Shown here: positions 40,583 to 49,882 of the stretch, piece by piece
Position numbering within the stretch: position 1 is the stretch's first letter
Layout: each line of letters opens with the position of its first letter
Source of the DNA: Sphingomonadaceae bacterium
Lineage (GTDB): Bacteria > Chloroflexota > UBA6077
Reading direction: 5' to 3'
DNA: 62,392 bases
NCBI GenBank assembly: GCA_050261575.1
Contig: JBLNDL010000031.1
Span: 1 to 62,392, forward strand
Notes under the pieces: generated by a model
What the model was told of the DNA's origin: nothing
Database searches by the model: none
Seen by the model: only the letters and a program-made list of their open reading frames with translations
Made by a program: the position numbers and the translations under genes

Positions 40583-42677
40583 GGACCCTGCTCCTTCCCA
40601 AGTATGCATCGATCACCGCGGGGTTGTCGCGCACTTCCCGTGGAGTGCCCTCGGCGATGACCTGGCCGAAGTTCAGGACGGTGACCTGGTGGCAGAGGCC
40701 GCTGATGATGCGCATATCGTGATCGATGACGATGATGGTGATCCCCATCTCCCGGTTGATGGTTCGCACCAACCGAAGCAGCCTCTGCTTCTCGGCCAGG
40801 CTCATGCCCGCGGCCGGCTCGTCCAGGAGTAGCAGTAGTGGCTCGGCGGCCAGGGCGCGGGCCACCTCCACGAGCCGCTGTTGGCCGTAGGGCAGGTCGC
40901 CGGGTAGGTCGTCCGCCCTGTCGGCCAGCCCCACGAACTCGAGTGCGTCCATCGCCTGCTTCTCGATCCTCCGTTCCTCCGCGACCGTGCTGCGGGTATG
41001 GAGGAAGGTCCCTGCCAGTCCCGCTCGGGTCCGGCAGTACTGGGCTACCTTGACGTTGTCGAGCACAGTCAGGCGAGGGAAGAGGCGGATGTTCTGGAAG
41101 GTGCGAGAGATGCCTTGCCTCACCAGAATCGCGGGGCTGCTGCCGCCCACCGACCTGCCATTCATCAGGATCTGTCCGTTGGTGGGCGGGTAGATCCCGC
41201 TTATCAGGTTGAGCAAGGTAGTCTTGCCGGAGCCATTGGGGCCGATGATGCCCCGGATCTCCCCCTTCTCCACGGAGAGATCCACCCCGTTCACGGCGAC
41301 CAGCCCGCCGAAGGCGATAGTGAGGCTCCTGGTGGCGAGCAGCGTGCCCTGAGTGCTGCGTCCTCGGTCTCTGGTGACAAGTGGGAAGTGATGAGTGATG
41401 GGACCCTCACCTCGCGGCCCCGTGGATATGCCCTGGGGCACGTCCGCGCTCTGGCCGGACCATGCCTCTCCCAGAGGGGATCCACTAGCCGCCCTCACCG
41501 CGTGCCTGCGTCCCTGCGTCTCCACGTGCGCGCGTCCCCGCGTCCCGCTGCCTCCGCGTATCCTCGGCGCCATTCGGGCAAACAGCCTCTCCGCCAGCCC
41601 GACGACGCCCTTAGGGGCAAACACCAGGATCAGCACTATGCTGAGGCCGTAGATCGCCATGTACCATGCCTCCAGGAACCGGAGCCACTCGGGCAGGTAG
41701 GTGAGCAGCACGGTTCCCACCAGGGGGCCTAGTGCAGTCCCGGCCCCGCCGATCAGCAGCATGGCGACGAAGCGGATGGTGCTGAAGAGGTCGAAGGTCT
41801 CGGGGCTGATATAGGCGGAGAAGTGGGCCCAGAGGCTGCCGCCGATGCCGGCGAAGAAGGCGCTGAGTACGAAGGCGAGCACCCGGCAGTGGGTGACATC
41901 GACACCGGTGGCACTTGCAGCCAGGTCGTCGTCGCGAGTTGCCTCCAGGGCTCGCCCCAGACGGGAGCGGCGGAACCGAACCATGAAGAGGGTCGTGGCC
42001 AGCACCACGGCCAGGTTAAGGTAGTAGGACTGCTGCGGGGTCTCGAACACCAGGGGCCCAAGGGCGGCCGGTGGGATTTCCCGGATGCCATTGGCACCGT
42101 GGGTGAGCCTGTCTGCGTTCATCAGGACGAGCCGCACGGCCTCGGCGAAGGCCAGTGTGGCCATGGTGAGGTAGTGGCTGCGCAGCTTGAGGGTGGGGAG
42201 GCCGAGCAACACCCCAAAGAGGGAGGCAACCACGGCCGCTCCCAGGAACCCCACCAGGAAGCCCATGCGGGCGTCGGTCGTCAGAAGCGCCGAGGTGTAG
42301 GCACCGATTCCCCAGAAAGCCGCCTGGGCCAGGGAGAAGACCCCTCCGAAGCCGTAGACGAAGTTGAGTCCGAGGACGACGACGCTGTACACCAGCGCCA
42401 TGTTCAGCAGCACTATGCCGTAGGCGGACGGGAAGAACCATGGAGCCGCCAGCGAGGCTGCGACTGCGAGGATGTAGAGCAGCCGCGCGCGGAGACGGGG
42501 GGAAGGGGGGACGTGGAGAGGCGGGGGCGTGGGGATAGGCACGGGAAGACGGGGAGACGCGGGGACACGGGGAGCCGAAGACGCGGGAATGGCTGCCGCC
42601 CTTGGCTCCCGATTCTCAGCGTGCTGATCGCCGACGGCTGACGGCGGTTGGCTGAAGGCTGAATGCTGATCGCTCAC
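40566..42677 (-). CDS. Fused LivM permease and LivG ATPase
   Basis: LKLRSHYLTMATLAF and FVLSAFFAGIGG, then GPNGSGKTT, RTFQNIRLF, LPYGQQR, DEPAAG. Confidence 0.9.
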   Translation of the reverse strand: MSDQHSAFSQPPSAVGDQHAENREPRAAAIPASSAPRVPASPRLPVPIPTPPPLHVPPSPRLRARLLYILAVAASLAAPWFFPSAYGIVLLNMALVYSVVVLGLNFVYGFGGVFSLAQAAFWGIGAYTSALLTTDARMGFLVGFLGAAVVASLFGVLLGLPTLKLRSHYLTMATLAFAEAVRLVLMNADRLTHGANGIREIPPAALGPLVFETPQQSYYLNLAVVLATTLFMVRFRRSRLGRALEATRDDDLAASATGVDVTHCRVLAFVLSAFFAGIGGSLWAHFSAYISPETFDLFSTIRFVAMLLIGGAGTALGPLVGTVLLTYLPEWLRFLEAWYMAIYGLSIVLILVFAPKGVVGLAERLFARMAPRIRGGSGTRGRAHVETQGRRHAVRAASGSPLGEAWSGQSADVPQGISTGPRGEGPITHHFPLVTRDRGRSTQGTLLATRSLTIAFGGLVAVNGVDLSVEKGEIRGIIGPNGSGKTTLLNLISGIYPPTNGQILMNGRSVGGSSPAILVRQGISRTFQNIRLFPRLTVLDNVKVAQYCRTRAGLAGTFLHTRSTVAEERRIEKQAMDALEFVGLADRADDLPGDLPYGQQRLVEVARALAAEPLLLLLDEPAAGMSLAEKQRLLRLVRTINREMGITIIVIDHDMRIISGLCHQVTVLNFGQVIAEGTPREVRDNPAVIDAYLGRSRVRARTR
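42492..42671. repeat. Degenerate octamer and heptamer tandem repeats in the 5' end of livM-livG
   Basis: Seven GC(T/C/G)G-based 7-mers at 42623-42671; GAGACGGG/GGGACACG-like 8-mers at about 42492-42590. Confidence 0.7.
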
Positions 42678-42678
42678 G

Positions 42679-43548
42679 TCACACCTTCTGGGCCACTCTC
42701 TCGCCGAAGATGCCCCTTGGCATGACGACGAGGAACAGGATCAGGACGAGAAAGGCGAAGACGTCCTTGTAGAGGGAGGAGACGTAGGCGGCTGCCAGCA
42801 CCTCCACCAGGCCGATCACCAGTCCTCCTATCATCGCGCCTGGAATGCTGCCCCAGCCCCCGATGATGCTGGCGACGAATGCCTTTATCCCGACCCGAAC
42901 GCCCATCTCCACAGAGATGTAGAAGGTGGGTGCCAGCAGTATCCCGGCGAGTCCTCCCAGGGCGGATGCGAAGGCGAACGTCAACGCCGTCGTGAAGCCG
43001 GTGTTCACCCCCAGCAGACGGGCGGTGGCTTTGTCCTGGGCGGTCGCCCGCATCAGCTTCCCTAGGCGGGTACGATGGAAGAACCAGTGCTGCAGTAGCA
43101 CGAGGGCCGCGGTGAGCACCAGGATCAGCAGATGCTGCGGCACCAGCCGAAGGGTGCCGAGGTCGATCATCTGGCGTCCGAAGGGCATTCCGAAGTACTC
43201 GGGGACGCTGCCCCAGGTGCGCAGGGCCAGGTTCTGCAGGAAGACCGAGATCCCCAGGGTGCTGATGATGATAGTGGCCGCGTCGGTGTTCTGGAGGGGA
43301 CGGTACGCCACCCTCTCCATCACCAGCCCAAAAAGGGCCATGGCGGCGACCACGAGCAGCACTGCAGGGAGGAAGGGAACCCCCCACAGCTCCGCGAAGG
43401 TGAAGACTAGGAACGCGCCCAGCATGACGAACTCGCCCTGGGCGAAGTTGATGATGTCGGCGGCGTTCACGAGCAGAACGAAGCCCAGGGCAACGAGTCC
43501 GTAGATGCTGCCCATGGCGAGGCCGCTGACGAGGATCTGTAACAGCAT
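42679..43548 (-). CDS. livH: Liv-type ABC transporter permease
   Basis: GSIYGLVALG, INFAQGEF, TRLGKLMRATAQD, IIGGWGS. Confidence 0.92.
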   Translation of the reverse strand: MLLQILVSGLAMGSIYGLVALGFVLLVNAADIINFAQGEFVMLGAFLVFTFAELWGVPFLPAVLLVVAAMALFGLVMERVAYRPLQNTDAATIIISTLGISVFLQNLALRTWGSVPEYFGMPFGRQMIDLGTLRLVPQHLLILVLTAALVLLQHWFFHRTRLGKLMRATAQDKATARLLGVNTGFTTALTFAFASALGGLAGILLAPTFYISVEMGVRVGIKAFVASIIGGWGSIPGAMIGGLVIGLVEVLAAAYVSSLYKDVFAFLVLILFLVVMPRGIFGERVAQKV

Positions 43549-43729
43549 TTCCAAGGTCGTGCTCCAAGAACCGGTGCTAGGTGCTGAGTGCCGGGGGATT
43601 CGACTCAGCACTCAGCACCCACTCGAGCAGGCTTCTCCAGACTGGGCACACGTTTCACACCAGACAAGCTGATATGAACTGGAGATACCTGTTTAGGGTA
43701 ATCGCCCACGACGTGGCGCCACGCTGCCT

Positions 43730-44911
43730 CTACTGGACCTTGACCGTCTTGACCAGGACGGGCTTCTCGGCCTCGATTCGGACGATGTAAGCCTGGCGGA
43801 GTCCGTCGCCCTTCTCGTCGAAAGAGTACTCGCCGGTGATCCCCTTGTAGCCCTTGACGGCTCGGAGCCCATCGCGGATCGCGGTGGGTTCGGTGCCGAC
43901 CTTCTCGATGGTCGACGCCAGGATGTTCATGCCGTCGTAGTACACCGAATGGATGAAGTTGGCCGGCAGCTTGGCCCGTGCCTCGATCTTCTTCACCCAC
44001 TCCTGTGTCGCCGCGTCTGTGCCCACAGTCCAGTCCGCTATGACGGTGTGGCCGTTGGCGGCCTCTTTGGCCAGCTTCAGGGCGTCGGGCATGCTGTAGG
44101 CGGGAGAACCCAGCAGCTTCATCTTCACTCCCAACTGCAGCAGGTTGGTCATGACCATGGCGGCGTCGGGCGGATAGGCCCAGCCGATGACCAGCTCTGC
44201 GCCCGCCTTCTGGAGGTTCAGCAACTGGGCTGTGACATCCTTATCGTCGGGGTTGTAGGACTCCATGGCTACCGGCGGGGTTCCCGCGGAGTCCAGAGCC
44301 TCCTTGAGCACTTTGGATGCGGCGGCTCCCATCTCGCCTGTGACGTAGAGGATTCCGATCTTCTTTGCGCCCATCTCCTTGAGGGCGTACTCGGCGGCCA
44401 GCTTGCCCATGATCTCGTCGTTGGTGCGAACGCGGAAGATCCAGGGGTTGCCCGCGGCGGTCACGCTCATGCCGCTGGCGCCGGTGATGGCTGGGATGCC
44501 CGCCTTGCGGATGGCGGGCTCGATGGCCATGTCGAAGTTGGCGAAGTTGGGTATGAAGACCGCCACCGGTTTTTGGTCCAGGACTTTGTTGAAGGCGTTG
44601 ACCGCACCCGCTGGGGTGGAGGCATCGTCCTCGATTGCGAGCTTGATCTGCCGGCCCTTGATTCCGCCCTTCTCGTTCCACTCGTCCACGGCCAGCTTGA
44701 TACCGTTGGTCTGGTTGTCTCCGGTGCCGGTCTGAGGACCGGTTACCTCGGTGACCAACCCGATCACGAGCGGCTCGGCCGAGCCGCTTCCCGCGCTCTT
44801 GGCCCCGGCCGCCGTGGGCGCGGCAGCCGGAGCGGACGAGCAGCCCAGCATGGCGAAGGTCAGTACACTCGCGAGGATCAGCATCGCCAGGGTCTTGGTT
44901 GCCTTGTTCAT
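43730..44911 (-). CDS. Liv-type ABC substrate-binding lipoprotein
   Basis: Lipobox LGC, NEKGGIKG, WIFRVRTND, YKGITGEYSFD; ATG after GAGGGGG. Confidence 0.9.
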   Translation of the reverse strand: MNKATKTLAMLILASVLTFAMLGCSSAPAAAPTAAGAKSAGSGSAEPLVIGLVTEVTGPQTGTGDNQTNGIKLAVDEWNEKGGIKGRQIKLAIEDDASTPAGAVNAFNKVLDQKPVAVFIPNFANFDMAIEPAIRKAGIPAITGASGMSVTAAGNPWIFRVRTNDEIMGKLAAEYALKEMGAKKIGILYVTGEMGAAASKVLKEALDSAGTPPVAMESYNPDDKDVTAQLLNLQKAGAELVIGWAYPPDAAMVMTNLLQLGVKMKLLGSPAYSMPDALKLAKEAANGHTVIADWTVGTDAATQEWVKKIEARAKLPANFIHSVYYDGMNILASTIEKVGTEPTAIRDGLRAVKGYKGITGEYSFDEKGDGLRQAYIVRIEAEKPVLVKTVKVQ

Positions 44912-44977
44912 TCTTTCCCCCTCTTTCGCGTGTCGGTGTCTCCGGAGGAGATCCACTCCTCGAGTGGAGATCTCCCG

Positions 44978-45020
44978 AAAACAGAGCGCCCCTCCGTCCG
45001 ACAAGGGACGGAGGGGCGCT
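44978..45020 (-). terminator. T-box terminator hairpin
   Basis: AGCGCCCCTCCGTCC-CTTGTC-GGACGGAGGGGCGCT followed by CTGTTTT. Confidence 0.85.
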
Positions 45021-45292
45021 CCGCGGTACCACCCTCATTTGGCCTGCCTCAGGCAGGCCACACTCACTAGACGCGGGACCCGTGATGGATCCGACGCCCG
45101 CTCCCGATAACGGGGGAGTAACCGTCAACTACTACTCCGAGGGGAACCCCCAACAGCCCATGACGCCTTTGGAGTGGCCCACCCGTTTCGCGTTGCGTCT
45201 CCCAGGTCCATTCGTTCTCTGCGCTACCGTTGGCTCACACCGTACCCAACTCGCTGTGGCCCGCTGGAGACTTACTAGTCCTGTTCACCGAC
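44978..45292 (-). promoter_or_regulatory. T-box riboswitch with predicted UGG (Trp) specifier
   Basis: Minus strand: stem I with CAGG-ACTAGTA, AGCGAG, GGTGTGA and GAA-TGG-A-CCTG; CCGTTA; T-box AAATGAGGGTGGTACCGCG (45022-45040). Confidence 0.88.
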
Positions 45293-45316
45293 TTCTGGAG
45301 TGCTGTTGTGCCGTGC

Positions 45317-45346
45317 AGTATGGCACGTGGTTAAGCATCCTGTCAA
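45317..45346 (-). promoter_or_regulatory. Sigma70 promoter of the T-box leader
   Basis: TTGACA-18 bp-CATACT with a TG extended -10. Confidence 0.7.
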
Positions 45347-45379
45347 CACGAGCGAGTCGCTTGCTGGGGAACGTTGCCG

Positions 45380-45997
45380 TCATCCGGCGGAGATGCCCGG
45401 CAACAGGAAGGCGGCGTCGCCCAGGTAGGCCACAGCCATGTACTTGAGGGAGTTGCCGAGGGCGCAGGCCAGCCAGAAGCGGCGGGGTGGGTATTTCAGA
45501 GAACCGGCCAGGAGCCCAACGATGTCGAAAGTGGGGTTGGGGATTATCGCCAAGAGCAGAATGGCGAGGAACCCGTGGCGGATAAGCCACTCCCCCAGCG
45601 TGTTCCACCACCGTGGGGGCTGGCGGCCCCTCAGCGCGGCGGCCCCCGCTCTGGCCGCCGAGTACCCGATCAACTCTCCGGTGGCGTTGCCCAGACCCGC
45701 GGATACCCCCACCAGCGCCGGGTTCCACACGATGCCCGCCGCCAGAACCGCTGCCAGGCCAGGGGCGGGGAAGAGGATGCTACTGCCGGACAGGAACATG
45801 ACCAGAAAAACGCCTGGATAGCCCAGGGTCGCGAGCTGTCCTACTTCCATCCCGCTCCGCCACGCGTGGAGGCCAGCCGCCGCCAGCAGCAGCAAGGCGG
45901 CGGCGCACACGGCCATCCATGGACCTACCCTGGTGCCTGGGGTGTCCTCGATCGCGTCTGTTCGGCTCTCGCCGGGTCTCAGTTGCTGTCGATTCAC
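45380..45997 (-). CDS. DedA/VTT (SNARE-associated) family membrane protein
   Basis: ILFPAPG, GNATGELIGY, IPNPTFDIVG, FWLACALG. Confidence 0.85.
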   Translation of the reverse strand: MNRQQLRPGESRTDAIEDTPGTRVGPWMAVCAAALLLLAAAGLHAWRSGMEVGQLATLGYPGVFLVMFLSGSSILFPAPGLAAVLAAGIVWNPALVGVSAGLGNATGELIGYSAARAGAAALRGRQPPRWWNTLGEWLIRHGFLAILLLAIIPNPTFDIVGLLAGSLKYPPRRFWLACALGNSLKYMAVAYLGDAAFLLPGISAG

Positions 45998-46194
45998 GTT
46001 AGCGGGAGCACCTCGCCGAACGCCTGGAGGAGTGGGATCGAAAGCACATCGCCGCCTAGGTCTCCAAGTCCATCTGTCTCGCCCAACGATGGTCCCCGCG
46101 GGGAGACCCGCGGGGACCGGGCCTTTCTGGTATCCGGCCTCGCCTATGGGTTTTCGGGTGCGGCCGGAGCGTCGCCTCGCAGCTCACTCCGAGC

Positions 46195-47076
46195 CTAGCC
46201 CTGGTAGAAGGAGATCGGGCGCAGGGCCATCTGTCGCAGCCGTGCAACCCGCTCCTCCATCGCTGGGTGAGTGCTGAAGAGGGATGTGAGGCCGCCACCA
46301 GCGAAGGGCTGTACCGTGAACTGGTGCGCCGTCGCTGGATTCACCTGCATCGGCACCACCTGGTTGGCCGCGTGCAGCTTCTCCAGCGCCCTTGCCAAGG
46401 GTAGCGGGTCTCCCAAAATGCGCGCGCCCGTGGCATCGGCGCTGAACTCGCGCGACCTTGAGATGGCGAGTTGGATCAGGGTCGCCGCGATAGGGGCCAG
46501 GAAGACCATGAGCAGGCTGCCTGCCAGACCGGCCATTCCTCCCTCTTCGTCCTCCTCACCCCGGCCGAGGCCGCCGAACATGATTGCCCACTGCGCCATG
46601 TTGGCGATCATGGTAATGGCGCCCGCGATGGTAGCCACGATCGCGGAGATCAGGGTGTCGCGATTCCGCACGTGGGCCAGCTCGTGGGCCAGCACGCCGG
46701 CCAACTCGTCCCGATCGAGCACCCGCATGATGCCCGACGTCACCGCGACCGCGGCATGGGCCGGATCGCGGCCCGTGGCGAAGGCGTTGGGCGCAACTGC
46801 CTCCACGACGTAGACCCTCGGCTTAGGTATCTTGGCCTGCAGGGCCAACTGCTCCACAGTGCGGTGCAACTCCGGGGCCTCCTCGTGGGTGACCTCCCTG
46901 GCACCCGACATCGCGAGAGCCATCCTGTCTGAGAACCAGTAGGCCCCGAAGTTCATCATCAGGGCGAGCCCGAAGGCGAACACCATGCCCCCGGTTCCGC
47001 CCACCAGCCGGCCCATCAGCACCAACAGGACCGTCAAGGATGTGAGCAGTAGCGCCGTCTTCAGCGTGTTGCTCAT
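46195..47076 (-). CDS. htpX: Zinc metalloprotease HtpX (M48)
   Basis: [32 protein letters not shown]. Confidence 0.95.
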   Translation of the reverse strand: MSNTLKTALLLTSLTVLLVLMGRLVGGTGGMVFAFGLALMMNFGAYWFSDRMALAMSGAREVTHEEAPELHRTVEQLALQAKIPKPRVYVVEAVAPNAFATGRDPAHAAVAVTSGIMRVLDRDELAGVLAHELAHVRNRDTLISAIVATIAGAITMIANMAQWAIMFGGLGRGEEDEEGGMAGLAGSLLMVFLAPIAATLIQLAISRSREFSADATGARILGDPLPLARALEKLHAANQVVPMQVNPATAHQFTVQPFAGGGLTSLFSTHPAMEERVARLRQMALRPISFYQG

Positions 47077-47198
47077 CTCCGTTCACCTCCCGAACTGCTC
47101 CTACGCTCCCAGGTTCATCCTGGCTGGCGGCGACCCCGGGGCGTCTCCGCAGCGGAGGGGACGAGCCTCTCGGCTGATCCCCTCTGCCACCTGGAACG

Positions 47199-47253
47199 AT
47201 TATGGAGGGCGCGGATGAAGCCAGGATGAAGCTGGCTTAACAGTGGGATGAAA
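47199..47253 (-). promoter_or_regulatory. htpX promoter with phased direct repeats
   Basis: CATAAT -10 at 47199-47204; GGATGAA at 47213, 47224 and 47246. Confidence 0.55.
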
Positions 47254-47282
47254 CCTTGCTTCGGGCTCTCAGGGGGCGGGGC

Positions 47283-48746
47283 TCAGGGCTCGGGGGCAGA
47301 TGGTTCACCGTGTGGCTTCGCTTCGCTGTAAACGGGCAACGCCACTGCGAAGACGGTGCCCTCCGAGGAGGAGCTGCGCACCCGAACCTGCCCCCCATGC
47401 GCCTCGGCCACCTGCTTGACGATGGCGAGCCCGAGCCCGGCGCCACCGTGCTCCCTGGAGCGCGCCTTGTCCACACGGAAGAAGCGCTCGAAGACACGTG
47501 GAAGCAGCTCCGCCGGTATCCCGGTGCCCGTATCGGCCACCGTGAGCTCGGCGATGTCGCCATGGTTGCGGAGGGCGAGGTTCACCTGGCCGCCGGGTGG
47601 GGTGTAGCGCAGGGCGTTCTCCACCAGGTTCCACAGCATCTGATCCAGCCTGTGCTGGTCCCCCAGCACAGTCGACGGGTCGTTGTGGGTGACGACGATC
47701 CGATGCACTCCGGCGTCCACCGCTCTCGCTCGCTCCCAGGCTTCGAGCACCACCTGATGCAGCGCCACCGGCTGGTGCTCCACCTCCTCCTGAGCATCCA
47801 CCTGTGCGAGGAACAGGAGATCGGAGACCATGCGAGACATGCGGTCCAACTCCTCGCAGGCGTCCTGCACGCACTCCCGCCGTTCCTTCCCCGGCAACTC
47901 CATTTTCAGCAGGTCGAGGTTGCCGCGGATCACCATCAGGGGGCCTCGCAGCTCGTGGGATGCATCGGCGAGGAACTCCTTCTGGCGGCGAAAGGTGTCC
48001 TCCAATCGGTCGAGCATGTCGTTGAAGGTGGCCACCAGTTGCCCCAACTCGTCTCGAGCCGGTGGTGTGGTGATGCGCTGCTCGAACCGGCCGGTGGCGG
48101 CGATGCGCCTGGCCACACGGATCACGTCGGTGATGGGACCCATGGCGCGCGTGGTGAACCACCATCCACCCAGCATGGAGAGCAGCGCGGCTCCCGCTGC
48201 GGCCCCCACCAGGAGTTGCTGCAGCCGCCGCAGCGTGGCATCCAAGGGGTGCATGGACTCTCCCACCAGCACGACCGCCAGCAGCCGTCCGTTCCTCTCG
48301 ACGGGGCGAGCGAACACTCGAATCCTCTCCCTGCCAACAGGCACGTTGGCGTAGCCCTCCTGTCCGGCCAGGGCGTCCGAGACCAACCGGGGCGTCACGG
48401 GGAGTTCCCCTCGGGGCAGGTTGAGGGAGGAGGCTATCGGGGTTCCGGAGGGATCCAGTACCTGCACGTAGATGCCCGGCTCGGAGAACTCCTCCGTGGG
48501 ACCCAGGTTGGCGAGGGTGCTCCTCAACACCGCCGGGTCGAGAGGGCTCGACCTGTCCTGGACGATCTCCCTCTCCGCGTGGTACGCCCGCAGGCGCAGC
48601 ACCTCGTCGGCTTCCATCTGGAGGTTGTTGGCCAGGGCGGTCAGCAGGTAGAAGCCCACGCCGGCCAAGATCGCCACCAGGAAGAAGGCGTACCCCACTG
48701 CCAGCCGCAGCCGGATGGGCAGGTGTCGGGGGTTAGGAAGGGTCAA
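47283..48746 (-). CDS. Membrane sensor histidine kinase with HAMP domain
   Basis: Two TM helices, DELGQLVATFN, ASHELRGP, NLVENALRY, GAGLGL. Confidence 0.93.
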   Translation of the reverse strand: MTLPNPRHLPIRLRLAVGYAFFLVAILAGVGFYLLTALANNLQMEADEVLRLRAYHAEREIVQDRSSPLDPAVLRSTLANLGPTEEFSEPGIYVQVLDPSGTPIASSLNLPRGELPVTPRLVSDALAGQEGYANVPVGRERIRVFARPVERNGRLLAVVLVGESMHPLDATLRRLQQLLVGAAAGAALLSMLGGWWFTTRAMGPITDVIRVARRIAATGRFEQRITTPPARDELGQLVATFNDMLDRLEDTFRRQKEFLADASHELRGPLMVIRGNLDLLKMELPGKERRECVQDACEELDRMSRMVSDLLFLAQVDAQEEVEHQPVALHQVVLEAWERARAVDAGVHRIVVTHNDPSTVLGDQHRLDQMLWNLVENALRYTPPGGQVNLALRNHGDIAELTVADTGTGIPAELLPRVFERFFRVDKARSREHGGAGLGLAIVKQVAEAHGGQVRVRSSSSEGTVFAVALPVYSEAKPHGEPSAPEP

Positions 48747-48749
48747 GAG

Positions 48750-49433
48750 CTAAGCCTCCCTGAGGGTGTAGCCGACGCCCCGCACGGTGTGGATGAGTCT
48801 GCGTTCTCCCGCAGCCTCCAGCTTGTCGCGCAGCCTCATGATGTGAACGTCGATCAGGTTGGAGTCACCCAGGAAGTCGGAGCCCCAGACCCGCTCGAAG
48901 ATCAGTTCGCGGGAGAGCACCTGGCGTGCGTGACGCATGAGGAACTCCAGCAACTCGTACTCCCGGGTGGTCAACTCGATCGGTCGGCCGCCGCGCTGCA
49001 CCTCTCGCGTTGCCGGGTTCAGGGTGAGGTCAGCGTAGCGGAGGACGTCGTCCTCGGGCGGGCGCGCCCGGCGGAGCAGGGCGCGGATGCGGGCGAGCAG
49101 CTCGTCGAAGGCGAAGGGTTTCACCAGGTAGTCGTCGGCGCCAGCATCCAGGCCAGCCACTCGGTCCGGCACGCGGTCCTTGGCCGTGAGCATCAGGATG
49201 GGCATGTCCGGATCGCCGGCCCGAAGTCGCCGGCACACCTCGAGGCCATCCAGCCCGGGCAGCATGACGTCCAGGACCACCAGGTCCGGCGGCTGGTCCC
49301 GCGCGATGGATAGGGCCTCCTCTCCATCCGGCGCGAGGGCGACGTCGTATCCTGCGAAGGACAGTCCTCGGCGCATGAGGCTGAGGATCTTGGGGTCGTC
49401 GTCTACGACGAGTATGCGGTGCTGTGCCCTCAT
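48750..49433 (-). CDS. OmpR-family response regulator (MprA-like)
   Basis: [30 protein letters not shown]. Confidence 0.93.
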   Translation of the reverse strand: MRAQHRILVVDDDPKILSLMRRGLSFAGYDVALAPDGEEALSIARDQPPDLVVLDVMLPGLDGLEVCRRLRAGDPDMPILMLTAKDRVPDRVAGLDAGADDYLVKPFAFDELLARIRALLRRARPPEDDVLRYADLTLNPATREVQRGGRPIELTTREYELLEFLMRHARQVLSRELIFERVWGSDFLGDSNLIDVHIMRLRDKLEAAGERRLIHTVRGVGYTLREA

Positions 49434-49882
49434 CTAGCTCTCCTCCGTCAACGGTTACTATAGCGCATACCCCCACCACCGCCAACGCACCACCCTCTCG
49501 CCGCGCCAGTCGGGGAAGCGCGTGGCCCGGTATGGACGAGCCTTGGTGAGGGCGAGCGAGCATGCGAGGCCGCGCGCGTCGACATTGGGCGAGGCGAAGC
49601 CATCGACCGCCTGGGTTGGGACGGTCCAGGCTCCGCAAAGGTGGAAGTGTTCGCCGCGACTCTCCAGGGATGTGTGCGGTCGGTCTCGCCACGCGCGTCC
49701 TTTATCTGACCGGAGGGCTTGGGGCCCGATAGAGGAAGCAAGTAGTGGCATCGTTATTGCTCAGTTGCGGATGGAGCGTTCCCCTGACGAGGCCCTGCAC
49801 CGCGGGGACCGCAGCGCGGCCCCTCTGTGAGGAGTCGCTCCCTGCCGTGACGCAGGGCGAGGGTCGAGACAGACAGAGACGT

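Noticed and set aside
47256..49313. 685-aa plus-strand ORF
   Set aside because: Antisense to the kinase and regulator genes
49780..49830. CTGACGAG hammerhead-like core upstream of sucA
   Set aside because: No matching GAAA or three-stem arrangement
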